From Craspedostauros australis (taxonomy: Eukaryota): a DNA stretch of 58,566 nt. Where the stretch lies: the NCBI GenBank assembly GCA_030167865.1, contig JALAGF010002807.1, positions 1 to 58,566 on the forward strand. Direction: 5' to 3'. How positions within the stretch are numbered: the first letter of the stretch is position 1; every line of letters starts with the position of its first letter. Shown here one piece after another: positions 54,537 to 58,566 of the stretch. The notes below the pieces were generated by a model. That model had not been told where the DNA came from. It did no database searches and saw only the letters and a list, made by a program, of their open reading frames with translations. Made by a program: the position numbers and the translations under genes.

Positions 54537-55835
54537 ATGGAATCGTTGACAATCACCAAAACGCTGCCATTGCCAGCATCTTCACCGGTGTTGGGCATGC
54601 CTGACAATCTGCTGCTGGAGATCATGGAGCACCTTCCTCTGAAGGATCGCAGGCGCTTCCTCGCAAGCTCGGGGCTGCTGTGGAGACAGCGTCGCGCCAT
54701 CGAGGCCTGCGTGCATCACATCACCGTCACACACACGGACAAGCGGGTCATCCCCACAGACATCGCAACGAACCTCGCTAAAGACGACGGTCTCGACCAT
54801 CCCATGACTCCCTTCCTCAGTCAGAAAGCATTCTGGCTCAATCCATCCTCCCTCGTCACACTGGACGTGCAGGGGTTCTGCACCGATGCGTTTCTGCGCT
54901 TCCTCGCCACGCTCCAGTTGCTGCCCAGCTTGCACCGCATTTCCATGCGCCGGTCGATGAGGGTCACGGACGAGGGTCTCAAATTGATGTCGGCCATGAC
55001 CAACCTGCAGTATGTGGACATCACGTACTGCCACAACACGACCTACGAGGGCACGGCCTTGATGAGGGAGAAGCTCACGGGGCTGCAGTGCATCCGACGC
55101 CAACCGGAATGGCTGGATGGCCATTTTTACACACCCTTCGGCGGCAACGACATCGATGCCTCCGGTGTGGAGGTGCACACGTACTGGCCGGATGGAACGT
55201 TCTCCTTCACGCGGTCCGACCAATCGCAGGGTTTCATCGTGGAGCTGGAGGAGTGGTGTCGCCCCTACTACAGTCAAACCGTCGACGATCAAACTGCCGT
55301 GAACAGTCAGCAACAGAATTGCAATGAACATGTTCGCAGCAAGCTGCAATACAACAATTTCGATCCACCGTGGCATTGGCCACAGTTGACTCGCTTCTGC
55401 TATCGACCAGGCGTCTCTCTATGGCGACTACACAGCAGCAACAGCAGCAGCAGCAACAATGAGGACGATAGCAACATCGGGAGCAGTAGCAGCAGTGATA
55501 ATGGCAACAATGAACAAGCAGTGCTGGTCGCACAAACCGTCGCAGGGCTGAGGCCACCGAATCGCAAAGAGTTGATGGAGCTGGCGGCCGATCTTGTACC
55601 TGTCGGTCAGACGCGGTATTTTGATAACAGCAATCAAATGTTGGAGGATGAACACTCCCAACTCAAACACATCATGGTGTCCAAGATCCGCCTCGAGCCG
55701 CTTCAAGAGCTTCTGGCGCCGTCTGATTTGGTGCGACGCAACATGGAGTTTTGCCAACGGCGAAATGCATTCGCTAAGCGCGCCGAGATTGAAGAGTCGG
55801 AGGATTTCTTGCATGGCATTCTGCTTGCGTTGTAG
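54537..55835 (+). CDS. F-box/LRR protein with an uncharacterised C-terminal domain, 432 aa
   Basis: F-box-like VLGMPDNLLLEIMEHLPLKDRRRFLASS; FBXL-type LRRs LPSLHRISMRRSMRVTDEGL and MTNLQYVDITYCHNTT. Confidence 0.78.
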   Translation: MESLTITKTLPLPASSPVLGMPDNLLLEIMEHLPLKDRRRFLASSGLLWRQRRAIEACVHHITVTHTDKRVIPTDIATNLAKDDGLDHPMTPFLSQKAFWLNPSSLVTLDVQGFCTDAFLRFLATLQLLPSLHRISMRRSMRVTDEGLKLMSAMTNLQYVDITYCHNTTYEGTALMREKLTGLQCIRRQPEWLDGHFYTPFGGNDIDASGVEVHTYWPDGTFSFTRSDQSQGFIVELEEWCRPYYSQTVDDQTAVNSQQQNCNEHVRSKLQYNNFDPPWHWPQLTRFCYRPGVSLWRLHSSNSSSSNNEDDSNIGSSSSSDNGNNEQAVLVAQTVAGLRPPNRKELMELAADLVPVGQTRYFDNSNQMLEDEHSQLKHIMVSKIRLEPLQELLAPSDLVRRNMEFCQRRNAFAKRAEIEESEDFLHGILLAL

Positions 55836-56126
55836 GCACTGATAGCGGGGGTGCGGTGCCAACGGACGCAAATATCTCCGCTCCAATCCATGGTACCAGC
55901 ATCGCATGATAAACACGATCAAGTCGCGAACACCAACTTCGCATCTTCCATCGGGAACGACCCTTTCTGTACTAGTAGAGCACCACTATTCACATCGATA
56001 CCATACTCTTATTCGTACTACATACGAGTAGTATTATCAAAATGGGACTGATCATGGCAACTGCGCTGGAAGAAAAAATGTCTTTCTCTCTCTCTCTTGC
56101 TTTTCTCTATTTGTGGAGTGAAACGT

Positions 56127-57557
56127 TTAGTCCTCCATGGTCTCGGCTTCATCATCGTCGCCAAGTTCATCAAGCTTGGCCTGCACATCTTCGATTTGGC
56201 ATATCAACTCTTCCAGCTGCTCCTCCAACTCGTCCTCTTCTTCATCTTCGGCATACTGCTGTTGCTGCTTGACTGCCTTCTGCGTGTCCACAAGCATCTC
56301 CATGGCGCGTTTCACGTAATGTCGTGCCGAGTCCTTGCTGCTGTTGTCGCTGCCCGCTTGCGCGCAGAATGCGCACCCGGTCAAGTACCAAATCTCAATC
56401 ACCTCGTCGTTCTGTGCCAACAAACTGCCGAGGACGGAGATGGCAGATGCTACGCAGGCCTGCTTCTGCCGTTCGGGGCAGTCCGGCAAAGCCGCACATT
56501 CCAGCAACAGTTTGGATGATTGACAACGGAATTCAAACTCTGGCAATGCGTTGGCAGCCTCGACTTCCTTCAATTCAAGTGCCTGGGTGTCCGTGTCGTT
56601 CGGTGGCAATCCAACAGATTTCGCTGTCTCTACTGCTCCCGATGGCGATGGCGTCAATCCTACCAACGAGGCCAATGCGTCGCATCCCTTCTGCATGCAC
56701 TGGAATGCATCCAGCATGTAACCAATGGCCTCCTTGCGTTTGCTTTCGTCTTGCGACAGTCGCAAGCTTGCCATGGTTTGCAATGCGTCTGGCATGGGAT
56801 TTCCATCCTGCTGGATCGCCAACGCCTTTTGCATGTACGATTCGCAATGCTCCTCGGCTTGTTCAGCAAAGCATAAGTCCGTCAAGTACAGTTCAGCGAC
56901 AGTGCAGTATGCACCAGACAGTTTCTGTCGGAGTTCTCTCAAGATTTCCTGTTTCGTGAGCGGGTGTTTAGTCGTCTTGCCATTCTCGTGGTCTTCGCCG
57001 TCGTCGTCGTTGCTATCATGCATCTCTTCGTCCTGAATATCGTCATTCTCCGTCTGTGCTTCCACCAACCGAATGCACGTCTCCAGACTCTGAATGCCTT
57101 TCTGGTACGCTTCCAACGCCTGGTCCTCCGAACATAGTTGACCCAAGTACATGGTGAAAGTCGACCGCGTCTCGTAGTAGAACATGTCCTTGGCAACGTC
57201 GCCCGGGTACTCGGCCTCAAGCACACTCAGCGCCTCCATCAAGTACTTCAGCGCACCCTCCTGATCGCCTTGGCCCACCTTGATTTCGGACAGCTTCTCC
57301 AGAACGTGGAGCAGATGCCGTTCGCGGATCCCATGCGTGGGCGATTGTCCCGAACGCAACAAGCTCGCTGCGGAGCTGTACAACTTCTCTGCTTGCTCGA
57401 TGTTCATGCGTTCCATCTCGCCTTGCGCGGCAACCAACACATCGTCGATGTTCAAGTTGGGTTTGCTTGGCGTGGGTCGGCTCTTGGCACCAGGTCGGTT
57501 GCCACGATTCCGCCGATCCTTTTTCCTGGACGTGGTGGTTCTGTGCGATGGCGGCAT
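56127..57557 (-). CDS. ACL4: Assembly chaperone of Rpl4 (TPR protein), ~476 aa
   Basis: YLGQLCSEDQALEAYQKGI, AYCTVAELYLTDLCFAEQAEEHCE, DALQTMASLRLSQ, LPEFEFR...KLLLE, NDEVIEIWYL and an acidic C-terminus; start chosen at MPPSHR (57557). Confidence 0.85.
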   Translation of the reverse strand: MPPSHRTTTSRKKDRRNRGNRPGAKSRPTPSKPNLNIDDVLVAAQGEMERMNIEQAEKLYSSAASLLRSGQSPTHGIRERHLLHVLEKLSEIKVGQGDQEGALKYLMEALSVLEAEYPGDVAKDMFYYETRSTFTMYLGQLCSEDQALEAYQKGIQSLETCIRLVEAQTENDDIQDEEMHDSNDDDGEDHENGKTTKHPLTKQEILRELRQKLSGAYCTVAELYLTDLCFAEQAEEHCESYMQKALAIQQDGNPMPDALQTMASLRLSQDESKRKEAIGYMLDAFQCMQKGCDALASLVGLTPSPSGAVETAKSVGLPPNDTDTQALELKEVEAANALPEFEFRCQSSKLLLECAALPDCPERQKQACVASAISVLGSLLAQNDEVIEIWYLTGCAFCAQAGSDNSSKDSARHYVKRAMEMLVDTQKAVKQQQQYAEDEEEDELEEQLEELICQIEDVQAKLDELGDDDEAETMED

Positions 57558-58409
57558 GGTGGATGATAGTTCAGTGCAAGTGTTCAAAGTGCTACGGAAT
57601 GATGTGCTGGCAATCTTGCTTGTTGTTGTGATCAGATTGCCCGATCCCGAGTCTGGTGCACAGACAATGGAGGTCGACAGATGTGCGATGTGTTCTGACC
57701 CTCCCCCCTTGGCTTTGCATTCCACGAAAATTGCGTGCAGAAAAGAAAAAGCGCAAACAGGCAACACCTCCACGAAAATGAGTGGCTGCATTGGGTCCCG
57801 TACACACCCTGAATCACGAACATCCACTTGTTGTTGTTGATCGGCTGAATCCATTTGCACATAATATGCATATTTATATATACTACCGCAGCTCCGTAAT
57901 CCAATCAAATCAACACGAATCTTCAGCAACCACCACACAGTTGCCCACCTGTACCAAAGGTCATACCAAGCCACCTCTCATCGCAGGGAGCCTGACCAGA
58001 CGGATGCAGCATCGTGGATGCGGCAGGTTCCCCACCTTCATACTCGCACGTGTATGTACTCCGGACGAAACCGCGAGCCGCAAGCCGCAATCCACAATCC
58101 GCGAGCCACTGACACCGCGCCATGCTGTGCCAACACAACGAATGCGAGCTACAACACACCCAACAGCGGCAGCTTGATATAGTGTAATACATCTCAATGC
58201 ACAGTATCTCAAGACGGTGATGTCGTCAATTGCTCAGGGCGATATTCCAGACTCTACGTGAAGATTCTACTGTTATATGCACGTGGTACTAGTATAGTAC
58301 TAGTATTATTGTAATATTATGTAAAATGGAATCAAAATCCTTTGGAAATTACGGGAGGCGGGGAGAGCCCTGCGACAATCCAGGCATGTTCCTGCTCGCG
58401 CTCCTACTC

Positions 58410-58565
58410 CTACTCATCAGCGCTGTCGCTGCTGCTGCTCTCCTCCATGGAGCTGAGGTGCTTCGATTCCTCGTACCTGCGAACGGACTGCTCCTTCGCT
58501 TCCGCCCATTGCTCGATGCTCTCGTCCTCGCCGTCCAACAACAGGAGCTCCCATCCCTCGAAGAA
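58410..58565 (-). CDS. 3' end of a gene continuing beyond the window (unknown product)
   Basis: Open frame FFEGWELLLLDGEDESIEQWAEAKEQSVRRYEESKHLSSMEESSSSDSADE* with coding-type codon bias; stop at 58410-58412. Confidence 0.65.
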   Translation of the reverse strand, partial: FFEGWELLLLDGEDESIEQWAEAKEQSVRRYEESKHLSSMEESSSSDSADE

Positions 58566-58566
58566 G

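Noticed and set aside
57558-57974. N-terminal extensions given by the ORF track (also 1490, 4843, 10501, 20557, 46761)
   Set aside because: Most rely on TTG/GTG starts and read as UTR-like sequence; downstream ATGs fit the protein families better.

Overview
Eukaryotic, gene-dense genomic DNA with GT-AG introns. A DUF6824-type domain and the gene repertoire point to a diatom or other stramenopile (inference; species not determinable). About 19 complete protein genes plus one partial can be supported: PUM3/Puf6 (2 exons); a CaMK-like kinase fused to two cNMP-binding domains and an EF-hand; an SLC35A nucleotide-sugar transporter; a very large TRF4/PAPD5-type non-canonical poly(A) polymerase; an isochorismatase-family hydrolase; a type II membrane GT-A-like protein; histone H2A.Z (ATG-only first exon); TAF12; DDX41; a small secreted protein; PARN (3 exons); a giant ankyrin + CAP-C protein (2 exons); an mTERF + DUF6824 protein; two tandem secreted chalcone-isomerase-fold proteins; bystin (2 exons); RPSA/uS2; an F-box/LRR protein; ACL4. 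The first 1.45 kb is a CpG-depleted, probably transposon-derived segment with a triple palindromic repeat. Best leads: (1) a candidate box C/D guide RNA at 20162-20219 with a 12-nt perfect complement to U6 snRNA, inside a previously unexplained spliced unit; (2) the apparently mitochondria-targeted non-RD kinase-cNMP-cNMP-EF sensor; (3) the ankyrin/CAP-C and mTERF/DUF6824 fusions; (4) a local concentration of RNA-maturation and ribosome-biogenesis genes. All calls come from motif recognition by eye; no searches were run.
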